In this document: in pieces, positions 53,236 to 64,000 of the stretch
Layout: each line of letters opens with the position of its first letter
Numbering within the stretch: the first letter of the stretch is position 1
Assembly (NCBI GenBank): GCA_951406725.2
Contig: OX597827.1
Coordinates: forward strand, 35,898,001-35,962,000
Reading direction: 5' to 3'
Source of the DNA: Octopus vulgaris
Lineage: Eukaryota
DNA length: 64,000 bases
The notes under the pieces: generated by a model
Told to the model about the DNA's origin: nothing
Seen by the model: the letters and a program-made list of their open reading frames with translations, nothing else
The model's database searches: none
Made by a program: the position numbers and the translations under genes

Positions 53236-55464
53236 GAAATAGAAATAAGGATAGGGAAAACGAAGCAAAAACCAGAAGCCTCTTTGATCCAGTGGTTTCT
53301 CAAACGAATGGATCCTTTGTGAACAACCAGGCTGATAAGGAAAGGGAAGCTAAGAAAGTAACACCCAGAAGTCCCTCTGCGCCAGTGGTCTTACAAAGGA
53401 ACAGAGGCCTCACCCCATTGGACAACAAGTGCTACCATAAGAAAAGGAAGGAAAGAACACAAGCACAAACATAAGGAAGGAAGGGGAGAAAAAGGAAAAT
53501 AACTAAAACCAAAACCTCAAACCACCAAACAAAAAACAGAAATCTCAAATATGGAGGCTCCAATGGGATCCGAAACCCTAATGGAGTAAAGTCAAGGACA
53601 TGCAAATTTTACCTGCAAGGCAAATGTTGGCATAGGGAAGATGGCATAAACTGCCAGTTTGCTCACCTGAGACCCTGCCAAAACTATAGGAGCCTTAAGG
53701 AGAAATACTTCCCTGAGGAAAGGCACCAGTCATCTCCAAAGAAAAAACGTACAAATGCAGTGCGCTCTTCAAATGTTATGCACAAGGCTGCAGCTGAGCA
53801 AGAGTCTCTTTTGTGCATGGCACAAAAGATTGTGCAGCAGCTGACCTGGCCACATCAAGCATAAACAAGGAAGCTTGTGCACCACTGCACAAGACCACCA
53901 CAATCAACAGGCATGGGATGGCCTCCCCTAATGCCTGCACAGTCATCATGCCAATATTTAGTAAATATTGAGGGCTTGTTGCATCACAACATCAAAAGCA
54001 AAGTTTTTTTTACCTGAGAGACCTTGCTGCATGCAATCAAGCCCTATGCATAGCAAACAAGCATTGGTGGAGTCACTGCTCAACCTCACCAATGCCCTGC
54101 TCATGGAGCAGGTTGTGCTCAGACCAACTAGGGCGAATAACATTTTGGATCTCTGCTTCATGAACAATATGGACATCGTTCATGATGTGAAAGTGATACC
54201 AACATTAGTTTTGGATCACAACATAATAGAGCTGTCTATCTTTAGACCAAAAGTAGCCAGAGATATACAGCCTAAAAGAAGCACCCTAAATCTCTCCAAT
54301 CTGAACTTCTACAAAGCAAATTGGAAATCGATCCAAAAAGAGATCTTCAGACAGGACTGGCCGAAATGTCTCTCCACAGCAGACATTGGCATGAAACTAG
54401 AATAGTTCATGTCTATTATGCAAACCATATGCCAGAAATATGTCCCAGAGCACAAGGCCAACACAAAAAGGAACAAGATTCCAAGGGAGAGGAAGATCCT
54501 CATGAGATGATAGATGAAGGTTGCAAATCACTTCCACCAATATTCCAAAAGAAGTGAAAAGTCCTGCCTAAAAGCAACACTAATGGAAATTGAAAAAAGC
54601 CTGCAACAATCCTATGGGAAGGAGAGAGCAGAGAAAGAAGCATTGGGTTATAAAAAGTCAAACCCAAAGGCCTTCTTTCATTATGCCAAAGAAACAGTCT
54701 CAGTATGCTGCAAAATAGGATCCCTCTTCCAAAAGGATGGCTCCTTCACAGATAGTCCAACCAAAATCTGTGAGGTACTGAATGACCAGTTCAAAAGTGT
54801 CTTTGCCACCCCGTTGGAACTCATACAAGTGAACAAACCAGTGGATTTCTTTGCCGTCTCACCTATAACCAATTAGGCAGTTATGATTGATTACATTGAC
54901 ATTAGCGAAGAAGATATTCTACTAGCCATAGATGAGGTGGATGCAAACTCAACTACTGGGCCTGATGGTTTCCCAGCAATCCTCCTCAAAGCGTGTAATC
55001 ATGCCCTGACGAAACCACTACAGATTCTCTTCCAGAGCTTTCTTGCAAATGACAGGCTGCCGAGCTAACTGAAGGAGGGAATATGCTCAATCCATAAAGG
55101 GGGAAGCAGAAAAGATGCCAAAAACTTTAGGCCTATCTCTCTGACTTCACACATCAGCAAAGTCATGGAACGGATAGTCAGAAGGAAATTGATCGCATTC
55201 CTTGAAGAAAATGACTTGCTGAGTGATAGCATGGCTTTTGACCATGTAGGAGATGCCTGACCCAGCTCTTACAGCACTATGACTGGGTGCTGAGGCAGTT
55301 ACTCAACAACTCAAATATGAATGTAATAGACCTTGACTTTGCAAAAGCTTTTGATAAAGTGGATCATGGTATGATATGTCACAAACTGCATGATCTTGGC
55401 ATAGCTGGAAAACTTGAAGAGTGGTTACATGACTTTCTGAAAGATAGAAGTCAGGCAGTAGTGG
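53236..55464 (+). mobile_element. Decayed CR1-group LINE with CCCH zinc-finger ORF1 remnant, 3'-truncated
   Basis: Endonuclease end PTRANNILDL...DHNII. RT motifs GPDGFPAILLK, NFRPISLTSHISKVMERIV and LDFAKAFDKVDH. C-x7-C-x8-C-x3-H at 53601-53666. Confidence 0.9.
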
Positions 55465-57066
55465 CAGGGTTACCAATTTAGCATATTTTATGCTAGATCT
55501 AGCATTTTCTTTTTTTGGCATTTAGCAGAAAATTTTTGAATCTAGCATTTAGCAGAGAAAATAGCAGGTTTAAGATTTTATTTAGCATTTTTTCAGCATT
55601 TTTCTCTGATCATGACATTTCCACAATAGTTACCCTTTTTTCTTCTTTTTCCTCCTTTTCTATTTTCGTTAATGTATCTTATAGCCAAATTTTAGTACCA
55701 TCGGCTGTTGTTGAATTTTTCTTTCACCTTTTTGAAACTTCAAATGAAAGTTTATCAAGTTATGAACCACCACCCTCCCCCCCCCCACCGGCTTGGATAC
55801 AGAGTGGTGCTGGTGGGGGAGGGGGAGAAGATAACTCATGTCAGCACCTGAACTCACTACACAATAATGTAAATATATTGCAAAGAATGAAAGCATGGAA
55901 ATTTGTCCTAACAATGCTTTATTCTGTAGTATTAAGTTTTTATCATAACAGATTGACTGATTTACTTTCAGTTTGACTGTTTTAAAAAAGGCCTATGTTT
56001 TTTCATGCTTATTTTGGATTATATATTATATAGAAGTACAGGGGTGGTGGGGGGGGGGGGTCTACACCCCGTCGTTATATTTCTACTTGCTTTTCTCTTT
56101 TCAAGTATTGTGGTTATATTTGAGGTTTTACCAATAGATATTAAATGTAAGATTGGAAGTGAAATATGATGTTCCCAGGTTTATATCAGAACACAGTTTT
56201 AGGATTTCTGCAGATTTTACTTTTCCATTTATAAGTTGGCCACCCTGCATCCTTAATCAGTATTCTTCACCTCAAAAATTTGTAAGCAGCGAACATAAGA
56301 ATTCTTAATGCCAAATGATAAATTGTGTTTTCAATTTTATATTTTTATTAATCATTCAGTTTTTTTCTTGCTTCCCACTACATTATAATGAGTAAAGAAA
56401 AACTAAGTTGTACCAGCAAAAATTCCGAAAGGAATGGCTTAAGATGCCAGCGTTTACAAAGTGGTTGTGTGAAGTACCTAGTGACCAATCTGAAGCACAT
56501 TGCAGATATGGTAGATGTAATATGTTGGCAAAATAGTCTCTTTAGTAAGCCACTGTGAAGCAAAGAAACATAAGGCATCAAATCTACAGCAAATGATTCC
56601 TCTTACTAATCTTATTAAAACCAAAAATGATAAGACATCTATGCTTGAAGCAAATTTAGCAATGTTTATTTGTTGCCACTCATTGTTTAATAGCTGTGAT
56701 CACTTAATAGAGTTATGTAAGAATTATATGTCTGATCGCGATATTATATCCAAAGTGAAGTTGCATCGTACAAAATGTGCAAATATTGTGAGAAATGTTC
56801 TTGCTCCATATCTTGATGGAGATTTGATTTCTGGTATAGAAAATTTAGCCTATTATTAGATGAATCCAATATCGATAAACAAGTTGTTAGGAATTGTTAT
56901 CATATATTATAGTGACACTCACAAAAAAGTGGTACATACATATCTCAGTATGGTATCTTTAAATTTATGTGATGCAGATGGCATTGTAGATACCTTAAAA
57001 ATTGAATTAGTTGAAAAGAAATTAGATATAAAAAATTTACTGGCTATAGGAACCTCGTTGTCATAA
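55465..57066 (+). mobile_element. Truncated hAT-superfamily transposon with transposase pseudogene (about 56387-57066)
   Basis: Begins CAGGGTTACCAA exactly where the LINE breaks, with an inverted TTGGCCACCCTG at 56236-56247. Remnants QQKFRKEWL, HSLFNSCDHL, KLHRTKC, LDES and NLLAIGT resemble ZNF862-like hAT transposases. Confidence 0.8.
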
Positions 57067-57130
57067 GCAACAGAGCGCCACGATATATATTATCATCATC
57101 GTTTAACGTCCGTTTTCCGAACAATGTGCT

Positions 57131-57247
57131 ATGCTTACTGCACCTAGGTTTCCCAAGTGGTCACCTATCTAAGTACTGACTAGGCTCGACGTTGCTTAAT
57201 GTCAGTGATCAGACGAGAACCGGTGCTTTCAACGTGATATGGCCGTA
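57131..57247 (-). pseudogene. Near full-length 5S rRNA-derived sequence (isolated retrocopy or SINE3 head)
   Basis: The minus strand reads TACGGCCATATCACGTTGAAAGCACCGGTTCTCGTCTGATCAC...TTAAGCAACGTCGAGCC...AGTACTTAGATAGGTGACC...GGGAAACC...GTAAGCA. It is a single copy with no oligo-T terminator. Confidence 0.93.
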
Positions 57248-57261
57248 TATATATATATATA

Positions 57262-57511
57262 TATTGGGTTAGTGCACAATTATTGCAGCTTTCTTTCAAC
57301 AAATTTTATTCACAAAAACAATAACATGTAACAAAAACATCTTTAAATGATTATTCCGGAGCATATTCACCATCTGTTTCAATTACTGCTTCCCATTTGC
57401 TTGGCAGACGGTCACACCATCATTTAAAGACATTTTTGTTAAATATTGTTATTGTTTTTGTTGAATCAAATTTGTTGAAAAGAGCTGCAATAATTATGCA
57501 CTAACCTAATA
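57262..57511 (-). mobile_element. Mariner-derived MITE
   Basis: TIRs TATTGGGTTAGTGCACAATTATTGCAGCT / AGCTGCAATAATTATGCACTAACCTAATA. Minus-strand RLPSKWEAVIETDGEYAPE is a mariner C-terminus. Confidence 0.88.
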
Positions 57512-58029
57512 TATATATTTGCATCTACAATTCATATCTAACAGTTTGATTATCAACTATTGTAAATATTTTTTTCTCTAAAATAAAACCAGTCAGGTGT
57601 CCTATTCCTGGACTTGTATATAGTTCCACATTGGATTCTAACTTGAAACCTGCCTTTACTCTAAACTAAGACATGTTTTTTTCGGTTACTGACATGTGTA
57701 CCACCAACAATAAATCATGATGGTGATTATGAATCAAAGCAATCATAAATGTTATGTAGTTGTAAATATTGTAAATATTTTAGAGAGCATACTTGCAATT
57801 ATTGCAAAAATGACCTCGAAAAAGTCTGATTAATAGTTAACAAAATTATAATCTTGTGTATTTTGTGTTTATATTGTTTTGGGCAGAAAACAAGCTTTGT
57901 AAGACGATAAAGCAGTGGTAGCTGTTTCTGTTGTTCCTCTCAGATCTGCAGGATTTGGAAACAGAAACCTGTTAAACATGGAATTATTCCAAAGGAGTTA
58001 CAAGGTAAAGATCAATCGATATTCAAAAA

Positions 58030-58155
58030 GTTGTTGTTGTTGTTGTTGTTGTTTCTTCTTCTTCTTCTTCTTCTTCTTCTTCTTCTTCTTCTTCTTCTTC
58101 TTCTTCTTCTTCTTCTTCTTCTTCTTCTTCTTCTTCTTCTTCTTTTTCTTCTTCT
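58030..58155. repeat. (GTT)n-(CTT)n microsatellite (another CTT tract at 49764-49812)
   Basis: Read directly. Confidence 0.95.
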
Positions 58156-59933
58156 ACAAGTTTCTGTTGCATCACTTGATGCATCTCTACCTTCTTGCAG
58201 TGTGTACACCCTTGATTTTCAAGAGTGTAGAATTGCTTTTGTATGAAACATGTTTTTTGCCTTATGGATATTATTATAGGATGAATAAAATAAAGAACCA
58301 GTCAAATAGTAAGGTTGATATCATTTGGTTACAACCCCTCCTTTTAAATTTCAGGTCTTGTTCCTCTGTTAAGAATCATTATTAGAACAGTCATATGTTA
58401 GAAAAAGCAGAGTGGTAGAATAACTGTTTTGTATTTCTTAGTTTTATCTCTTTGCATTCTGTATTCAAATTCTGTTTAGATGGAATTTCATCATCATCAA
58501 CCTCTGGACATTATTGTCTTGAGTCCTAGGATTCAAAGGGTCAGTTACTCAGTTTTCATGGCACAACATTCCCTCTGAATGGGATGCCACTCCATCATAG
58601 GGTCACTCATTTACAGTTGAGTGGACTGCAATAATGTGAAATTAAATGTTTTGCTCAAGAACACAGTGGACTGCCTGGTCCAGGAAGTGAAACTATGATC
58701 TTGCAAACTACTAGGTTACACACCTTCTTCAGTAGACTTTAGTTTCATTAATAATAATAATAATAATAATAATAAATGCCTTGATGCAGTACCAGGCAGT
58801 GGCTCTCATGGCTTCTGATCTTAACTGATTGGCAGTGTTATTGTGTACATGTTTTGTCTTGGTATAAAAGATGGGCTACAACAAATATTCTGCTCAATAC
58901 CACAGATTTTCTTGTCAGTTGTTGGACCTTAACCTGTTGAGCATGTCCATTGGCAGCTGACAATACGTACATCTCTGATCACAAGCATAAGTAGTGGGGG
59001 AGCATCATAGCCATGTGTTAAGAGGAATTCTTTGGGGTTTGAATAATTCACCTCCGGACACATGGGTGTTTCATTCAACATCCTTAAACAACCCTTATTC
59101 AGGAAGCTTTTTAACGGGATGGGCTATTCGACCTGAAGAAAATTCTAACTGGGGCCCCACCTGCAAGGTCATGTGCTATTTATCTTGATATGAGATCACC
59201 AAGTTGCACACATATGGTTGTAATGCATGTGCCCGATGTACTCTTATCAAACAAGTAGTCATGGTAGGTATACTGAGCTTCATATATTGGTACCCAGTTT
59301 CACTTTGATGGCATGCGCTGCTCTCTCACTCAGTAATAATAATAATAATAATGTTTTCTTTATTAACCACTAAGGGTCCACAAAAACATTGGAGACATGC
59401 CTTGAAGAATGGCAGCAAGTAGCTAAAGTAATAGAACTGTTCTGAAAGAATTATAGAAATTCATTACTAAGAACTCATAGACTCAAGAAAGTGGAGAAGA
59501 ACGCGTGTAACAGCATTAGTAGTTAGATTACTAGTTGTAATACCAACAAAGCTTCCATTCTAACCTTAGACAATTACAAATGAAACTAAGTAACTGTAAC
59601 ACACTGCAGATATCTGCCTGCATTGCTGGGATGATTTGCCAAATTCCTTAGCATTTAAATTTTTGTTAAAAGTTTTGCTCTAAAATATGGAAGCTTTATT
59701 TGTATCTTCCAATTGTTGACACCTATGTTCTATGTATCCTAACAATATAATGATATGTATAATAATATGCAAAAAATTATTATGATAATTATGCTGCTTG
59801 TGTATAATAATGCTAATGATAAAAATGATATGTTTTCTTTTAATAGCTGACAGATAAGCCGAAAGACAAAACCCTGTTCCACTGTAGTATTTGCAGCAAA
59901 ATATTCTCTCAAAATATTTATTTAAAGCAACAT

Positions 59934-60788
59934 ATGAAAACACATGAAGAGGAGATGGGTGTGAAAAAAGATGTACCAAAGGAGAAACCTGTACACAAGT
60001 GTGAATTCTGTGACAAGACATTTGATAGGAACAGCAGTTTAGTTTATCATAGGCGGTCACATACTGGAGAGAAACCTTTCGAATGCAACGTCTGTAATAA
60101 GATGTTCACTCAAAAGGGAAGCCTTAAAGTGCACATGAGAACACATACTGGGGAAATGCCCTTCCACTGCCAAGTATGTGAGAAAAACTTTTCCCAAGAA
60201 TGCTCACTAAGGATTCACATGCGTAGACACACTGGAGAAACACCTTACAGTTGTGAGTATTGTGATAAGGTATTTGCCCGAAAAGACTACTTAACTCTGC
60301 ACACCAGAAGTCATACTGGTGAAACACCATACCGTTGCGATACGTGCGAAAAAGTCTTCACTCGCAAAGAGCATCTCAACACACATAAACGAATCCATAC
60401 AGGTGAAAGACCATTTAATTGTAAATTCTGTGGTTACTGTTTTGCTGACGTTCGAACCTTGAAACATCACATACGAATACACACAGGAGAGAAACCGTAT
60501 CGATGTGAGATCTGTGGGAAAGCATGTTCCAGGAAATACAGCATGACCATACACATGCGAACTCATACACGTGCTACAAAAATTGAATGTGAGATTTGCA
60601 AGAAGATTTTTTCTCGTAAGAACAGTTTAAATGTCCACATGAAATCGCACGCTGAGGTGATGAGCCACCAGTGTCAGATTTGCAATGAGTATTTCTGGAG
60701 TAAAGAAAATCTTGCTCTACATGTGCAAAAGCACTGTGAAAACAAACCATTTGAAAGTGTGCAGGAAGGTTTCCTTTCTTGTAAGTGA
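59934..60788 (+). CDS. C2H2 zinc-finger protein ZNF-5 (284 aa, 9 fingers)
   Basis: Intact ORF with HTGE(K/T/M/R)P linkers. Acceptor TTTTCTTTTAATAG near 59846. Confidence 0.96.
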   Translation: MKTHEEEMGVKKDVPKEKPVHKCEFCDKTFDRNSSLVYHRRSHTGEKPFECNVCNKMFTQKGSLKVHMRTHTGEMPFHCQVCEKNFSQECSLRIHMRRHTGETPYSCEYCDKVFARKDYLTLHTRSHTGETPYRCDTCEKVFTRKEHLNTHKRIHTGERPFNCKFCGYCFADVRTLKHHIRIHTGEKPYRCEICGKACSRKYSMTIHMRTHTRATKIECEICKKIFSRKNSLNVHMKSHAEVMSHQCQICNEYFWSKENLALHVQKHCENKPFESVQEGFLSCK

Positions 60789-61759
60789 CCAGAATATTCT
60801 AATATTCTACAAGATACCTGAACTGATGCTGAAAAGTGACAGCTGCTAAAATTGTTAAAACAACTGCAGCAAAAACTGTCTTTTCATAAATTCCATGTGT
60901 GTGTATGTGTATGTGTGATATGTGAGTATGTATATAAATACATATATGTGCATGGTAGTGACTGACCAAAAGTAGCAATGTGGAGGCTCCGTATTCATTG
61001 AGCTCTTCATTGATGTAGAGATAGATGTCGCTCTAATTCTTTGACAGTTACATATTGGTTACCTGTTTTTTTTGTTTCGTTTTCTTCCAAACCCATAAGT
61101 ATGAAATGTTTATGTCACAATGTCTTGACTTGAACTTTTAATATCTAGACTCATATTATACTCTACAACAGAACTACCGTCCTACACAGAAACACGTACA
61201 AGAATATAAACACACATATGTAACACATCTACACATGTATATGTACAAACACATTCACACCACAAACATACCCATATTCAAGAATATTGTCATTATATAT
61301 ATACACACACATGCATATTGATAAAATATTTGTTTCCTACTAGTTTATCATTAATGTTAACGATTCTAAATGTTAAGAACTTGGATGGAGGATGAGCTGT
61401 ATATTTTATTCTATTTGTTCTAGATGTTGATCTATCAAGCAACTCACCTAATATTGACCAACAGGGTCGTTATTTTATGCTAATTTTAATTTTGCACAAT
61501 TCTTCCAGTAGTTTGATCAGTGGTTCAAATGATCATCATTTTACTTACTCGTAAGCATAAACTGTCAATGAATGTTGGACTAACATTCTACTACTGTGTG
61601 ATATTTACACAAGATATGTCTGACCTGTTACATGGTTCCTTCTTTAAAACTTCTTTCATTCTTAAGAATATGCCAGCCTCTCTTCCTTTCTCTGTACATT
61701 GGTTGATCGTCACTTTCTGTTCATAGTTCATAGTTCAGTTTAGTAACATATAATCATTA

Positions 61760-62420
61760 TCATACTTGTTCGCTTGCTTCATACTCTTACTTGATGGGGA
61801 TGGGATCATCCCAGAGATATTATCATGCATAGAGCCAATCAAGTCCACCAGTGCTCTCTATCACTGGCAGTTCCTAACCAGCCCCTCTGCATCCTGCAAG
61901 GTGATGTCAAGCCTCTGGAGAAACCTCCTTAATCATGTCCAGCCATTTCGTGCAGGGCCTACCACAAGGCTTCTTCCAGCCCTTAGCTGCTGCATTGCAT
62001 GAGGGAAAAGCACTGGTAGGATAATCTAGCAGGAAACAGTGGACATGTTCATATCAGCACATGCAATGGACAGCTATGAGGTGGGAGGCTGCAGGTTGAT
62101 GTGTGCATGCACACAGTTCTTTGTTCTTCCCTTTCATTCTCCTCTGTGGAACAGAAATGTGATCCTTTTCAAATACCCTGACAAAGAGGATTGACAGCTT
62201 TGATAGCAGAACCTTGAGAACCATCGAGAACATCAGCTGATACCATCACGTATATCCAACAAAGCTATCATCCTATCAAGATTTACTTTAAACCTGACCT
62301 CAGCAACCTTTAATTTTTCTCTATATTCAAAACATGTGTCATTACTCAAACCTTAATACTACCAACATTAGCTCTGGCAGTGATGCTTCCATCACCCTCA
62401 AACATCCTAGAACACGTTCC
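61760..62420 (-). mobile_element. Very decayed RTE-like LINE 3' remnant
   Basis: Minus-strand remnant GRPARNGWT...LDITLQDAEGLVRN...RALVD resembles the RTE ORF C-terminus. An (ATG)-rich end lies near 61755. Confidence 0.4.
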
Positions 62421-63815
62421 AATCCATGCCAGAATATCGCTATTTCTCTCAACAAAACTGTATCTCAGACTATAAAAGCACATTCCAGCATGCCCCATTA
62501 CTGAAAAGGGATTCATCTCTGGCAATGCTAACTACTAATTTGTGATATTTCACAGGTAATGGAAACAAGTATAAACAAATATTTCATTCATCACTTTCAG
62601 TCTCTCTTTCATATACACACACACATGGTTCTCTCCATCCTAAAATTCTGTCAACTCTGGTTTGCTCATAAGTTTGATTATGTAGCCAACATCCTTCCTT
62701 CTATTCAACTGATGGGCCTACTTGTTTCTTTTAAACATATACTTACCCTTCACTTGTGTTTTTACTCTTCACTCTTCATTAACTTCCTGCACATGTCATC
62801 TACAAGTAACCTTGATATATCCCATTCTGCCGTCAGGAGGGGATGAACAGTGACGTTTTTGCAAACATCTCTCAAAAGAGAGCTAGCAACCTAATTTCCT
62901 TCAACAGCATCAATACGCATATTCAAACTCTTGCTCCTCCCTACACCATATGAATAGAATCAAAGAAAAAACAAAAAGACTAATCGATCAAAGTTACTAC
63001 AAATGTTAGACCTCACAATCTTTCACAGTGGTCTCATATATCATCATCATCATCATCATTATCGTCACTTTTAACATCTACTTTGCCATGCTTGTATGAG
63101 TCAGATGGGTTTACTGGAAAAGATTTTTTTCATAACTGGCCATGTTCTTCACAGAATATTGGAAATGAATAAGGCTGCTTTATGACTGACATTCATTTAC
63201 AACAATTATGTGATGTCAAAGCAAGGAGACACAAATATACATACACACACACACACACACATAAAAGTTTTAACTGAGGGAGTGGAACTGGTAAAATGCA
63301 CACTACATATGTTTCTTAGCTGGCTGAATCTCTGATGTAATAGTTATGCAATGAGGGGTGCTCAACTTGGTTTATCATCAGGCTGAGATTACCTTAATTA
63401 AATGAAGGTTACATGCACACACACACAAATATACACTACACGAATATGTGGTTGGGAAGCAAACTTTTTCACCACATAACCATGCCTGCACTATATATAT
63501 ATTTATAATTTTTACACCTGCTGAAATGCATTGGATAAGATTTCTTGAGGTGGTATTTTACAGCCAGATGCCCTTCCTAATCTAACCCTAGTTTTGCAAA
63601 TAGGAGTTGAATTATGGCTTTACATGTTAATCCTCTATTGGATGTATCATTTATGGGAAACAAAAACACATAACTGTTGCTGGAATGGGTTCAATGCAAA
63701 GACACACATACACACCTGCTATATGCATATGTATGACAAGTTTCTGTAGTTTCCATGTACTAAATTAAATTCCATTCACAAGGCATTAAGTCAGGCTATA
63801 GTAGAAGACACTTGT

Positions 63816-63868
<53 letters not shown>

Positions 63869-64000
63869 CATCATCATCATCATTGTTGTCGTCATTTAAT
63901 GGCCCTTTTTCCATGTTGGTTTGAGTTGGATAATTTGACAGGAACCAACAAGCTGAAGGCGGCACCAAGCTTCAGTGTCTTCCTTGACATGGTTTCTATA

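Noticed and set aside
55465-56247. Independent 780-bp MITE bounded by CAGGGTTACCAA / TTGGCCACCCTG
   Set aside because: No target-site duplication (AGTAGTGG versus CATCCTTA). It is better read as the left end of the hAT element.
57131-57247. Functional 5S rRNA gene
   Set aside because: It is isolated, lacks the first bases and a terminator, has altered internal promoter boxes and is followed by a LINE tail.
57915-58385. Poly-Phe, poly-Leu and poly-Arg ORFs
   Set aside because: Translations of the (CTT)n microsatellite.

Overview
AT-rich, repeat-dense animal genomic DNA, most consistent with a coleoid cephalopod such as Octopus (inferred from the clustered zinc-finger genes and repeat landscape, not from a database hit). 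The window holds five intact C2H2 zinc-finger genes with about 21, 14, 9, 11 and 9 fingers. Each has all its fingers in one exon and no recognisable KRAB, SCAN, BTB or ZAD domain. A probable first exon of a sixth gene runs off the left edge. Between the genes lie a decayed full-length mariner, several MITEs, RTE, CR1-group and CRE-like LINE remnants, a truncated hAT transposase, at least four SINE-like families, fold-back palindromes and a 1.4-kb TA-rich microsatellite. The most notable observations are: a 5S rRNA head fused to the local RTE 3' tail (candidate SINE3); a 67-nt, 31-bp hairpin with only G-U irregularities; an inverted repeat with a hammerhead-like core just after a ZNF stop codon; and repeated multi-finger cassettes within the ZNF proteins. 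All calls were made by eye; no searches were run.
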